Assembly: GCA_013316395.1 (NCBI GenBank)
Contig: WSMU01000001.1
Location: 2,393-66,392 of the forward strand
Direction: 5' to 3'
Length of the DNA stretch: 64,000 nucleotides
DNA from: Alphaproteobacteria bacterium
Lineage (GTDB): Bacteria > Pseudomonadota > Alphaproteobacteria > Rs-D84
Program-made: the position numbers and the translations under genes
Notes under the pieces: model-generated
Told to the model about the DNA's origin: nothing
Databases searched by the model: none
What the model saw: the letters and a program-made list of their open reading frames with translations, nothing else
Shown: positions 9,935-18,543 of the stretch, in pieces
Layout of the letters: the number at the start of each line of letters is the position of its first letter
Position numbering within the stretch: position 1 is the first letter of the stretch

Positions 9935-11266
9935 ATGAAAAAAAATAGATTTATTTATATGTTAGCGGCCGCGGTGATATGTGCGGCCTGTACCCAGCGC
10001 GCATCCCGCGAGCAGGTGCCGCAATTTGATACCGTCACCGTTGTCGATAATCTGGTTATTGATGAAAACTCGGTGCCGATTTTTCCGAAAAAAGCGGCGC
10101 TGACGACAGATACGGCGCGCAGATTTTCAATTGAACTGCCCAAGCGGTGCAGTGTGGACTGGAATAACCAGAGTGTTGTTTCCGTTGTCCCGGAAGAGAA
10201 GATAGAAGTTGTTCGTCTGGATATGGGTGATGAGTTGCCCGATTTGCAGGTTTCGGATTATGAGTTTAAGCAACTGACGGTAAAGCAGGCGCTGGACAAG
10301 CTGCTGAGCGGTACGGACATTGCCGTCGTTGAAGACGACCAGGGTATAGAAAAAATAACGGGTGCCATTCAATCGGGACGCTTAAGCGATGCGGTTGAGT
10401 TAATGGCAAAAATGGGACGTACATATTTTTCCTATGATGCGGCGGCGGCCGAGTTGCATTTGACGCATCGCGCCAAGTGGATGATAAAAATGCCGCGCGA
10501 TGAAACGATAATAATGGCCCTGCTGGATGCGATGCATGGTGCCGATATGCGTAATCTGCTGGTTAACTGGCAGGACAAGACGGTCGTATTCGAAGGCAAC
10601 TATCAGACAGAACGCGAAGTGGCGCGCATCATTGCCGATATATCGTCTAAGAAATACATGATTGCATGGGATATCGATGTGTATCGTGTGTATCCAAAGA
10701 CAGATAATCCTATTATCTGGATGAATTTGCTGCCGGCATTTGGGGATAAGAATGTTCGTATGTCGATACCGGGTGTTGTTGGGCGTGCGCTGGTTGTCGG
10801 GCCAGAGATTAACACAAAAACACTGCAGGAGTTTTTATCACAGCAGTCAAATGTTGTTTTAATATCACAGGGTACTTTTTCTGTTCCAAACGGATGGCAG
10901 TCGCGTTTTGATATAGGGCAATGCGGCAAGGAAGAACGTCTGGAGACGGACCTGATTATAGGTGCAACCGGAAAATATGGTAATTTTGGCGGCTATAAAA
11001 AAATCGATGCAAAGATTGTGTTGCGTACCAGCCAGGGTGAACTATCATCGTTTACGATACCGTCTAGCATTGGTGACAACTATGTCATAATCGGTATTCC
11101 GACGCACTCTTTTGTTACAACGCCGGAAACACTGATAAGTCCGTTTGCGGAACTGGTTGTCTTTATGTCGCCGCGCATAATATCTATTGTTGATGCCGCC
11201 GATGTGCCGGATAATTCGTTTACACCGCTGGTGGGGGATGCACTGCGTGCGTTTTTGGCAGAATAA
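9935..11266 (+). CDS. Hypothetical lipoprotein, 443 aa, with a secretin-like C-terminal tail
   Basis: Lipobox ICAAC. The C-terminus (TIPSSIGDNYVIIGIP...ELVVFMSPRII) loosely resembles the end of secretin domains. It sits directly upstream of lolC/E-lolD. Confidence 0.5.
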   Translation: MKKNRFIYMLAAAVICAACTQRASREQVPQFDTVTVVDNLVIDENSVPIFPKKAALTTDTARRFSIELPKRCSVDWNNQSVVSVVPEEKIEVVRLDMGDELPDLQVSDYEFKQLTVKQALDKLLSGTDIAVVEDDQGIEKITGAIQSGRLSDAVELMAKMGRTYFSYDAAAAELHLTHRAKWMIKMPRDETIIMALLDAMHGADMRNLLVNWQDKTVVFEGNYQTEREVARIIADISSKKYMIAWDIDVYRVYPKTDNPIIWMNLLPAFGDKNVRMSIPGVVGRALVVGPEINTKTLQEFLSQQSNVVLISQGTFSVPNGWQSRFDIGQCGKEERLETDLIIGATGKYGNFGGYKKIDAKIVLRTSQGELSSFTIPSSIGDNYVIIGIPTHSFVTTPETLISPFAELVVFMSPRIISIVDAADVPDNSFTPLVGDALRAFLAE

Positions 11267-11278
11267 GGGATAAGAAAA

Positions 11279-12535
11279 ATGTTGTTTTCACGGCTGGAAA
11301 GAAAAATTGCTTTTCGATATATGTGGGCTAAGAAACGCGGATTTGGTTCCGTGATATCTTGGGTATCACTGGTTGGAATCGCGCTGGGGGTGGCGACCCT
11401 GATTGTTGTAATGTCGGTTATGGCCGGATTTCATGACACACTGCTGAATAGAATTGTTGGAATGAACGGGCATGTTGTTGTCTATCATCAGGATGGGGCA
11501 ATCGCAGATTATGATTTCCTGATAGATAAAATGCGCCAGAACAAGGTTGTAGCCGCCCGCGTGACCGATATTGTGCCAATCGCAGAAGGTCAGGTAATGG
11601 CCACCGCCGGCGGAAATAATACAGGGGCCATGATACGTGGAATACGTATGACCGACCTGCAGGCAAAGGTGGATAAGGGGACAAAAATATACGGTCGGCC
11701 GATTGCGGAAATAAAAGAAGGTGAACTGGTTGCAGGGGCTAATTTGACCCGGGCCTTGAATGTTACAATGGGGGACAAGATATCCCTGGTGTCGGCGGCG
11801 GGTGCAACACCAACGCCGTTTGGTACAATGCCGCGGATTATGGCGTATCCGGTGAAGTCTTCTTTCTTTATGGGAATGTATGAATACGACTCGGGGTATA
11901 TATTTATGCCGCTGGAAACATCGCAGAAGTATTTAAATATCGGAAATGCCGTAACGCATATAGACCTGTTCCTGGATGACCCGGAAGATACGCGTGCGGT
12001 TGCGGATGCATTGGCGCGCTTGTTGCCGGATGGTTTTGTTGTTCGTGACTGGCGTGATTTGAACCGCGGTTTTGTCGGCGCCCTGCAGGTGGAATCGAAC
12101 GTAATGTTTTTAATATTGATGCTGATAGTAATTGTCGCCGCATTTAATATAGTTTCAAGTCTGGTTATGCTGGTAAAGGATAAATCCAAAGATATTGCGG
12201 TACTGCGTACGTTTGGGGTGTCGCGCCGTTCTATGATGAAGATATTCATATTATCCGGGACCAGTATCGGTGTAATAGGTGCCCTTGTTGGAACCGTGTT
12301 GGGTGTTGTTGTCGCGATATACATAGAGCCCATACGCAAGGCGGTTCAGTTCATGACAGGTCGCGACCTGTTTCCGGCGGATTTGTATTATTTGTCGGAA
12401 CTGCCGTCAAAGTTGTCACCGGCCACGGTATTTGGGATTGCGGCGCTGGCGGTGGCGCTGGCTTTTGTGGCGACACTGTATCCCGCATGGAAGGCCGCAT
12501 CCACAGACCCTGTTGACGTACTAAGGAACGAATAA
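11279..12535 (+). CDS. Lipoprotein-releasing system permease, LolC/LolE (FtsX/MacB) family
   Basis: TM1, a large periplasmic domain, then three C-terminal TM helices; the N-terminus KIAFRYMWAKKRGFGSVISWVSLVGIALGVATLIVVMSVMAGF is typical of LolC/E. Confidence 0.8.
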   Translation: MLFSRLERKIAFRYMWAKKRGFGSVISWVSLVGIALGVATLIVVMSVMAGFHDTLLNRIVGMNGHVVVYHQDGAIADYDFLIDKMRQNKVVAARVTDIVPIAEGQVMATAGGNNTGAMIRGIRMTDLQAKVDKGTKIYGRPIAEIKEGELVAGANLTRALNVTMGDKISLVSAAGATPTPFGTMPRIMAYPVKSSFFMGMYEYDSGYIFMPLETSQKYLNIGNAVTHIDLFLDDPEDTRAVADALARLLPDGFVVRDWRDLNRGFVGALQVESNVMFLILMLIVIVAAFNIVSSLVMLVKDKSKDIAVLRTFGVSRRSMMKIFILSGTSIGVIGALVGTVLGVVVAIYIEPIRKAVQFMTGRDLFPADLYYLSELPSKLSPATVFGIAALAVALAFVATLYPAWKAASTDPVDVLRNE

Positions 12536-13245
12536 TGGCGAACATATTAAATTCTTTGTCAAAGGTATCACGCGGCGATGTTGTGTTGTCTGTGCGCGAT
12601 ATTAAAAAGACATTTATGGAAGGCGGCCAGCCGTTGCATATTTTGCGTGGTGGTGGTTTTGATTTGCACCGCGGCGAGATAATTGCACTGGTCGGACAGT
12701 CGGGCAGTGGAAAGTCAACTTTGCTGCAGTGTGTGGGACTGTTGGACCGTCCGTCGGCGGGCAGTATTTTAATAGGCGGAATCGCAGCCCAAAAGATGGA
12801 TGATGAAATGCGAACCGCAATGCGTCGCGATAAGATAGGCTTTGTATATCAGCGACATAATCTGTTGGGGGATTTTACGGCGCTGGAAAATGTGGTGCTG
12901 CCGATGTTGACGCGCGGTGTGGCAGAGGCCGATGCAAATATTCGGGCGTTAAAGCTGTTGCGGGCGGCAAATGTGGCGCATCGCGCATCACATCTGCCGG
13001 GCGAGATGTCCGGCGGCGAGCAGCAGCGAACCGCCGTTGCGCGCGCATTGGCAAACGGGCCAGAGATTTTATTAGCAGACGAGCCGACCGGCAGCCTGGA
13101 CCCGGCGCATGCCGCGGCTGTATTTGACCTGCTGCTTGACTTGGTGCGAAAGAATAAGATGGCGATGCTGTTTGTAACACATGATATGAATTTGGCCGCA
13201 CGCGCCGACAGAACAATTACAATAAAAGACGGAATAGTTAAATAA
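12535..13245 (+). CDS. lolD: Lipoprotein-releasing system ATP-binding protein LolD
   Basis: ABC Walker A GQSGSGKST, signature LSGGEQQR, Walker B ILLADEPT. Its start codon overlaps the permease stop (TAATG). Confidence 0.85.
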   Translation: MANILNSLSKVSRGDVVLSVRDIKKTFMEGGQPLHILRGGGFDLHRGEIIALVGQSGSGKSTLLQCVGLLDRPSAGSILIGGIAAQKMDDEMRTAMRRDKIGFVYQRHNLLGDFTALENVVLPMLTRGVAEADANIRALKLLRAANVAHRASHLPGEMSGGEQQRTAVARALANGPEILLADEPTGSLDPAHAAAVFDLLLDLVRKNKMAMLFVTHDMNLAARADRTITIKDGIVK

Positions 13246-13270
13246 ACAATAAAAAACGGAGGGAGAAGAC

Positions 13271-14014
13271 ATGGTAAAACAAAATACTACAAAGGTGGCA
13301 TGCTGTTCTCGGCGCCAGAAAATCTGGGGTATTATTGCATTGGCGGGGTTGTTTGCATGCGGACTAATGGTGGGGCTTGCCTTTAATGCCGGGGACCGTA
13401 GTTCAACAGTTGAACTGGCGGGTCACACAAATGACACAGAGCCCGATACAGCCGACAAGGAAACCTGTGAGGTAATAGAAGATTTTCTGTTGCGTCGAAT
13501 TAACCCCATTGATTCCGACCAGGTGGCCGCGCATAGTATGAATGTTGAAATATATCAGATACTGATAGAAAACGGATGTCCGGAAAATTCTGAAAAATAT
13601 CAGGCACTGATGCAGCAGGAATCTGCGATATTGGATATCTTAATCAACAGACAGATGCCTGAAAATTCTCAGACATGTTCGGAAATTCAATCCCTGCTGA
13701 TGCAGCAATTACCAAATGGTAATTTGAATGACAGCCAAACTCGCATCGAACGTGCAAAAATCTATGCTAACTTGTCCGAGCGCGGATGTCCTGAAAATTC
13801 GCAGCAGTATGCGGAACTGGCGGCGAAAGAATTGGAAATTGCCCGCGCTCTGCGTGATGACTACTTTAACCATAATGAAACACTTGAAGTGGTTGAAACC
13901 TACAAGCGCCTAGAGATGAAACAAGCCGCGGCGGACGTATTGGACAAGGTTCAAAAGCTGACCGACCCGGCGATTGACTTTATTATTCAAGTACAGAAGA
14001 TAATAGAAGAATAA
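13271..14014 (+). CDS. Membrane-anchored hypothetical protein with three ~38-aa (G/R)CPENS repeats
   Basis: N-terminal TM helix (IWGIIALAGLFACGLMVGLAF). Repeats are NGCPENSEKYQALMQQE, RQMPENSQTCSEIQSLLMQQ and RGCPENSQQYAELAAKE. Confidence 0.5.
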   Translation: MVKQNTTKVACCSRRQKIWGIIALAGLFACGLMVGLAFNAGDRSSTVELAGHTNDTEPDTADKETCEVIEDFLLRRINPIDSDQVAAHSMNVEIYQILIENGCPENSEKYQALMQQESAILDILINRQMPENSQTCSEIQSLLMQQLPNGNLNDSQTRIERAKIYANLSERGCPENSQQYAELAAKELEIARALRDDYFNHNETLEVVETYKRLEMKQAAADVLDKVQKLTDPAIDFIIQVQKIIEE

Positions 14015-14017
14015 AAG

Positions 14018-14656
14018 GTGGCGTCAATGCGTGGATTTATATTTGCATTAGTAGGTATTGCCATTTCATCCGCGGCGGTGGCGGCGGATGTGGCGGCGCG
14101 CCAGTCATGTGCCGACATCAAGGGACGTATCGACACATTGGCGGCGCAGGGGGATTTAAATGATTCTGATGCGGCACTGCTGACTGACTTGCGCGCGGCA
14201 TATCGTCGTGACTGTGTGGCGCGTGCATCGGGTCGCGGGTCACGGACAATCGCCGCCACACGCACCCAGATAGCCGTACCCCAGACGCCGGCGCAAAATA
14301 CTGATGCCGCCGCCGTGGCCCCGCAAGAGCCCCTGGTCGCGGACCCATGTGATAATCCGGATGCAAATGGCTGCTGTCCCGGGGAAGAATATGCCGACAT
14401 CGGAAACGGTGTAATGTATTGCTGTAAGGGGGATGCATGCTTTCCGCCGATGCCCGTGACACCATCGGTGCCGGAAAAGTCGGAGGAGGAAATCGCCGCC
14501 GAAATAGCGGCCAATATTGAAAAAGGTCTTTGCGGTGACGGCACCAAGCCCAACAAGTTCGGTTGCTGTGCTGGCGAGATTTTTAAGGATTTAGGTAATG
14601 CCACATTTGCCTGTTGCAAGAAAGACGGCGAAGAATGTTTCCCGCCAATGCAATAA
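14018..14656 (+). CDS. Secreted Cys-rich protein with a duplicated CC-x-GE...CCK-D-x-CFPPM module
   Basis: Signal peptide MASMRGFIFALVGIAISSAAVAADV. Two repeat units: GCCPGEEYADIGNGVMYCCKGDACFPPMP and GCCAGEIFKDLGNATFACCKKDGEECFPPMQ. Confidence 0.55.
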   Translation: MASMRGFIFALVGIAISSAAVAADVAARQSCADIKGRIDTLAAQGDLNDSDAALLTDLRAAYRRDCVARASGRGSRTIAATRTQIAVPQTPAQNTDAAAVAPQEPLVADPCDNPDANGCCPGEEYADIGNGVMYCCKGDACFPPMPVTPSVPEKSEEEIAAEIAANIEKGLCGDGTKPNKFGCCAGEIFKDLGNATFACCKKDGEECFPPMQ

Positions 14657-14660
14657 AAAA

Positions 14661-14685
14661 GCAGCCCATTTCGGGCTGTTTTTTA
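14661..14685 (+). terminator. Rho-independent terminator
   Basis: GCAGCCC-ATTTC-GGGCTG followed by TTTTTT. Confidence 0.7.
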
Positions 14686-14725
14686 CTATATAAATATATA
14701 TGGATGTCAAAATAATAATAAATAC

Positions 14726-14753
14726 TTGCATCTGGAGTAAATTGGTATATAAT
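14726..14753 (+). promoter_or_regulatory. Sigma70-like promoter for the tRNA-Gly/tRNA-Tyr locus
   Basis: TTGCAT (-35), 16-nt spacer, TATAAT (-10), about 20 nt upstream of the tRNA-Gly 5' end. Confidence 0.55.
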
Positions 14754-14773
14754 CACTGGGCCTTAGATTTGTT

Positions 14774-14848
14774 GCGGGCATAGTACAAAGGCTAGTATGC
14801 AAGCCTTCCAAGCTTGAAATGCGGGTTCGATTCCCGCTGCCCGCACCA
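14774..14848 (+). tRNA. tRNA-Gly (anticodon UCC)
   Basis: Perfect 7-bp acceptor stem GCGGGCA/TGCCCGC, D-stem GTAC/GTAT, anticodon stem CAAGC/GCTTG around loop CTTCCAA, T-arm GCGGG-TTCGATT-CCCGC, CCA encoded. Folded by hand. Confidence 0.9.
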
Positions 14849-14878
14849 AGATGTATAACTTCATCTTGGATAAAGATT

Positions 14879-14965
14879 GGGCGTGCGCCGGAGTTGGAGA
14901 GCCGGGGCAGACTGTAAATCTGTTGGCTTAAGCCTGAGCTGGTTCGAATCCAGCCACTCCCACCA
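14879..14965 (+). tRNA. tRNA-Tyr (anticodon GUA), long variable arm
   Basis: Anticodon arm GCAGA-CTGTAAA-TCTGT, variable arm TGGCTTAAGCCTGA, T-arm GCTGG-TTCGAAT-CCAGC, 3' CACTCCC-A-CCA. The acceptor stem GGGCGTG/CACTCCC has one C4-U69 mismatch, so the 5' boundary is +/-1 nt. Confidence 0.75.
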
Positions 14966-14972
14966 AAACACA

Positions 14973-15000
14973 AACCGACCGAATGGTCGGTTTTTGTTTT
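14973..15000 (+). terminator. Terminator after the tRNA pair
   Basis: CCGACC-GAAT-GGTCGG followed by TTTTTGTTTT. Confidence 0.6.
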
Positions 15001-15152
15001 GACAACGTGGCGTTGGATTTGAACCGTGCGACGAAAGTCGCCAGTTCGAAAACAAGTAGGCGAGACAAGCGACCGCACCGTCGAGCCGTTACGGTTTCCC
15101 CGCAGGCGCATCGCGACGAGGGAATCAGCCACTCCCACCAAAATAAAAATGC

Positions 15153-15180
15153 CGGTTTTTACCGGCGTTTTTATTTTATT
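15153..15180. terminator. Hairpin terminator, probably bidirectional
   Basis: GCCGGT-TTTTA-CCGGC followed by GTTTTTATTTTATT. It lies at the 3' end of the minus-strand lipoprotein gene. Confidence 0.5.
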
Positions 15181-15544
15181 CCACGCAGCTGTAGGTGTAG
15201 CTTTTTGGCATGCGGTACAGGTTGTTGGTTATTGCATCAATCGCAATTGGTACAATCCCGAAAATGATTCCGGGGAATATGTCAAAGAATATCGCCGGAC
15301 CGTTCGGACGCCGCGTTACAATAGGCTGCGGACAGTTTTCATTAAGGTTTGATATCGCAATGCCGTTGTTTGACTGAATCCGGAGATGGCTGTCGGGTTT
15401 TATTTTGAATATACCACTGTCCGAAGATGCGCTGATTGTATCGGATGAGTTATTATAAATCATTGTTTCATGATTACTGCCGATGCCAATTGTTCCGCAG
15501 GATGCTATTCCTAGTATTAGGGTAAATGCAAACATACGTTTCAT
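15176..15544 (-). CDS. Hypothetical small lipoprotein
   Basis: Signal peptide with lipobox LGIASC; Ser/Asn-rich mature part. Confidence 0.45.
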   Translation of the reverse strand: MKRMFAFTLILGIASCGTIGIGSNHETMIYNNSSDTISASSDSGIFKIKPDSHLRIQSNNGIAISNLNENCPQPIVTRRPNGPAIFFDIFPGIIFGIVPIAIDAITNNLYRMPKSYTYSCVE

Positions 15545-15556
15545 TTATTATCTCTT

Positions 15557-17197
15557 TTATTCGTAAATTTCAACGCTGTCTATGTATGTGCGATTAACAG
15601 ATTCCAAGGCGCGCGGCTTAAAATCAGGATTGGCTACAATCTCGTCGCTGTCGTCTTCGGGCAGGATTGTGACGATATTTTGCTGTTCTGGCACGGGTGT
15701 CTGTGTTACGTTTGCACCATACGTTTTGGATTTATATTTCCCGGTCAGGCGGTCCGGAATCTGGATATATGTCAGCGGGTTTATTCCCGGTGTTTCCATT
15801 GCCATTGCGCGTGCCGGTGACAGGCTCTGCTGGTCTATATTATATACCGGCGACAGGAAACTGGTTGGTGCGGCCTTTACCTCACGCGGGGTGGGGGCGC
15901 CCGCAATTTCTACGATGCGCAGGGCGCGCTGGCTGGCGCCGTTTGGCGTCAGGCGAAACAGCCCGTCTATGCCGACATAGCCACTGGGGTCGAGCAGATA
16001 GGCCGCGTTGGATTTATCAGAATAAATCATTCCCACCGCCAGGTTGGCCGCGTCATATCCAAACGATGCCAGGCGCGACGGCGCCGTGCCGGCGATTTGT
16101 TCATATACATTTACAAATGCAGGATTCATTTCCGGCAATGCTGGATATTTTGCCCCGCTTAGCGTTATATCAGAGTCAATATTTGCGCCATCCCACATTG
16201 CGGTTCCATACAGGTGCACATCACGCGCCCCAACACCATAATAGCGCAGGAAAGACACCAGTGATTTTGCATCGTCGCCCGTCCCCAGCATCAGAACCGC
16301 ATCATAAGGCAGGCGGCCAATGGTTTCGGATTTTGATATGCGGTCCAACTGGCGCGAGAGGGATGATTTTTCAATCGCCGTCAGGCGTTCAGTGGTAAGA
16401 ATATCAGATAGTATTTCGCGTGCGCGGTTGTTTGCTGCGCTGCGCGCGGCGTATAGTGATGCGGTATGTGCCGTGTTTTTAATAGAGTCTGTATCTTTCT
16501 CGCGGTAAAAGACAACACCGGCAACGGGGATGTCGTAGTTTGTTGCCGCCGCACGTGCCGCCGCAGCCATAAGACGCCCGGAGCTCGTTTCCGGTGCCAG
16601 GATTACCATAGCGCGGCTTTTGTCTGCGGATATCTCACGCACAATGGCCTCGACCCCGTTGGTAGGCATCAGTGCCATTGTCATAACACCGTCGCCGATT
16701 GCTGTGGCGTCGGATGTGAAGGATATTGCAGGCATTTCAGACGGCTTCATAGAGCGCAGCATCCGCGCATCGGCCGCAAACAAGGGCCCGACTATTATTT
16801 CCGGATTTTGTGACAATGCATTGTTTATTGCCGCGGCGGTATTCGCACCGGTATCAAAGAACGATACCGACAGGCTTTGCGGGGCGCGTTGCAAGACGGC
16901 TGTTTCGATTGATGTTTTTATTACGCGTCCGGTGGCGGCGTTGTTGCCCGACAATGGCAATAAGACCGCCATGCGATGTGGTGCGTTGTCTGTTTCGGTA
17001 TGTGTGCCATACATCGTCTGGGCCGGGCCGGCGGGTGCCAGTGTGCCGTATTCCCCGTGCCATGTGTTACGGGTCGCGGTCGTGGCGCATCCGGTTAACA
17101 GCACGCATGTACTTAAGAAGCCTAAAATTTTATTCATATGCATTGAAAAATCCATTTTATTCTGTATCATTTTACTATAAAAGGATTTTGAATGCAA
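15557..17197 (-). CDS. lpoA: Lipoprotein of the LpoA (YraM) / periplasmic-binding-protein type 1 family
   Basis: Lipobox LLTGC after the internal start MNKILGF (a start at 17137 is more likely than 17197). C-terminal PBP-type-1-like fold. Divergent from rsmI, as E. coli yraM is from yraL. Confidence 0.55.
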   Translation of the reverse strand: MHSKSFYSKMIQNKMDFSMHMNKILGFLSTCVLLTGCATTATRNTWHGEYGTLAPAGPAQTMYGTHTETDNAPHRMAVLLPLSGNNAATGRVIKTSIETAVLQRAPQSLSVSFFDTGANTAAAINNALSQNPEIIVGPLFAADARMLRSMKPSEMPAISFTSDATAIGDGVMTMALMPTNGVEAIVREISADKSRAMVILAPETSSGRLMAAAARAAATNYDIPVAGVVFYREKDTDSIKNTAHTASLYAARSAANNRAREILSDILTTERLTAIEKSSLSRQLDRISKSETIGRLPYDAVLMLGTGDDAKSLVSFLRYYGVGARDVHLYGTAMWDGANIDSDITLSGAKYPALPEMNPAFVNVYEQIAGTAPSRLASFGYDAANLAVGMIYSDKSNAAYLLDPSGYVGIDGLFRLTPNGASQRALRIVEIAGAPTPREVKAAPTSFLSPVYNIDQQSLSPARAMAMETPGINPLTYIQIPDRLTGKYKSKTYGANVTQTPVPEQQNIVTILPEDDSDEIVANPDFKPRALESVNRTYIDSVEIYE

Positions 17198-17992
17198 ACC
17201 GGGCTTTATATTGTGGGAACACCCATTGGAAATTTATCTGATATGTCGCCGCGTGCGATAGAGGTACTGCGCAGTGCGGACCTGATTGCCGCCGAAGATA
17301 CGCGTGTGTTTGGAAAGCTGGCGTCGCATTTTGATATTAAAACACCGCGCTGTGCGATGCATGACCATAACGAACGGGATGTTGTTCCTGATTTGATTGA
17401 AAAGATGCAGCACGGCATGACCGTCGCCGCCGTATCTGATGCCGGTATGCCCGGGGTTAGCGACCCGGGATTTCGCCTGGTGCGTGAATGCCGTGCGGCG
17501 GGTGTGCCGGTATTTGTGGTTCCCGGGCCAACGGCGGCTGTTTCCGCGCTGGTGTTGTCCGGATTTCCCACGGACCGCTTTACGTTCTGCGGATTTTTTG
17601 ATGAGAAAAAAGTGCGTGATGACAATAAAATCAGGCATACAATTATTTATTACGAAAGCCCAAACCGCATTATGTCAACAATTGCATTGCTGGCACGTGT
17701 CATGCCAGAGCGGCAAATCGCCATCGTGCGCGAGATTACAAAGATTCATGAAGAAACGATAATCGGATATCCGGCGGAACTGGTCGGTATTACGCCGCCG
17801 CGTGGTGAAATAGTTTTGGTTGTTGCGCCGGCCCCTGAATACAAGATGACAGATGCCGAAATACGGGAGATTGTAAACGACGTTGTCGGTGCATCTACCA
17901 AGGATGCGGCCGCGGATTTGGCTGCGCGCACCGGTATTTCAAAGAAAGAGGCGTATCGTCGTCTGCTGGAAAAACAAGAGGAACAGGCATGA
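17192..17992 (+). CDS. rsmI: 16S rRNA (cytidine1402-2'-O)-methyltransferase RsmI
   Basis: N-terminal LYIVGTPIGNLSDMSPRAIEVLRSADLIAAEDTR tetrapyrrole-methylase fold, typical of RsmI. Confidence 0.9.
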   Translation: MQTGLYIVGTPIGNLSDMSPRAIEVLRSADLIAAEDTRVFGKLASHFDIKTPRCAMHDHNERDVVPDLIEKMQHGMTVAAVSDAGMPGVSDPGFRLVRECRAAGVPVFVVPGPTAAVSALVLSGFPTDRFTFCGFFDEKKVRDDNKIRHTIIYYESPNRIMSTIALLARVMPERQIAIVREITKIHEETIIGYPAELVGITPPRGEIVLVVAPAPEYKMTDAEIREIVNDVVGASTKDAAADLAARTGISKKEAYRRLLEKQEEQA

Positions 17993-18543
17993 TAAAATTC
18001 GTTGGCAGTTTTGAAAAAGTAAGTGCGTTGCCGAATACTCATTTTCCCGAATTCGCCTTTGTCGGGCGCAGTAATGTTGGTAAATCATCACTTATAAATG
18101 CGGTTTTGGGGGCACCGGTGGCGCGTACATCCAATACACCGGGACGAACACAGTCGCTGAATTTATTTAATATAGACGACCGCGTTATGATTGTGGATTT
18201 GCCGGGATACGGATATGCACGTGTCGCGCGCAGCCAGGCGATGGAATGGCTGGGGCGGTTGGAGCAATATTTGCTGACGCGAAGACAGCTAAAGCGGCTA
18301 TTCATTTTGATTGATTCGCGTATCGGGCCGCGTGATTCAGATTTGGATTTAATGGACTTTTGCGATGCGAACGCAATTCAGTATCAGATTATATATACAA
18401 AAAAAGACAAGCGTATCCGCGAGGAAAAGCAGCATAGCATAGAACACATAGAACATGGTGCCATGGTGCCGGAAATACTGCAGACATCCGCTGAAAAGAA
18501 AACGGGGTTGGAACCGATAAGGGCAACGCTTGGAATTAAATAA
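17989..18543 (+). CDS. engB: Ribosome-biogenesis GTPase EngB (YihA/YsxC)
   Basis: G1 GRSNVGKSSLIN and G3 DLPGYG. Its start overlaps the rsmI stop (ATGA). Confidence 0.85.
   Translation: MIKFVGSFEKVSALPNTHFPEFAFVGRSNVGKSSLINAVLGAPVARTSNTPGRTQSLNLFNIDDRVMIVDLPGYGYARVARSQAMEWLGRLEQYLLTRRQLKRLFILIDSRIGPRDSDLDLMDFCDANAIQYQIIYTKKDKRIREEKQHSIEHIEHGAMVPEILQTSAEKKTGLEPIRATLGIK

Noticed and set aside
15001-15110. Possible minus-strand tRNA suggested by the GGATTTGAACC string (reverse complement of a GGTTCAAATCC T-loop)
   Set aside because: No T-stem, acceptor stem or anticodon arm can be paired around it on the minus strand, so it is not a tRNA gene.
14707-15141. 144-aa minus-strand ORF spanning the tRNA-Gly/tRNA-Tyr region
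   Set aside because: It lies entirely antisense to two well-folded tRNA genes and their terminator. It is an artefact of the six-frame scan.
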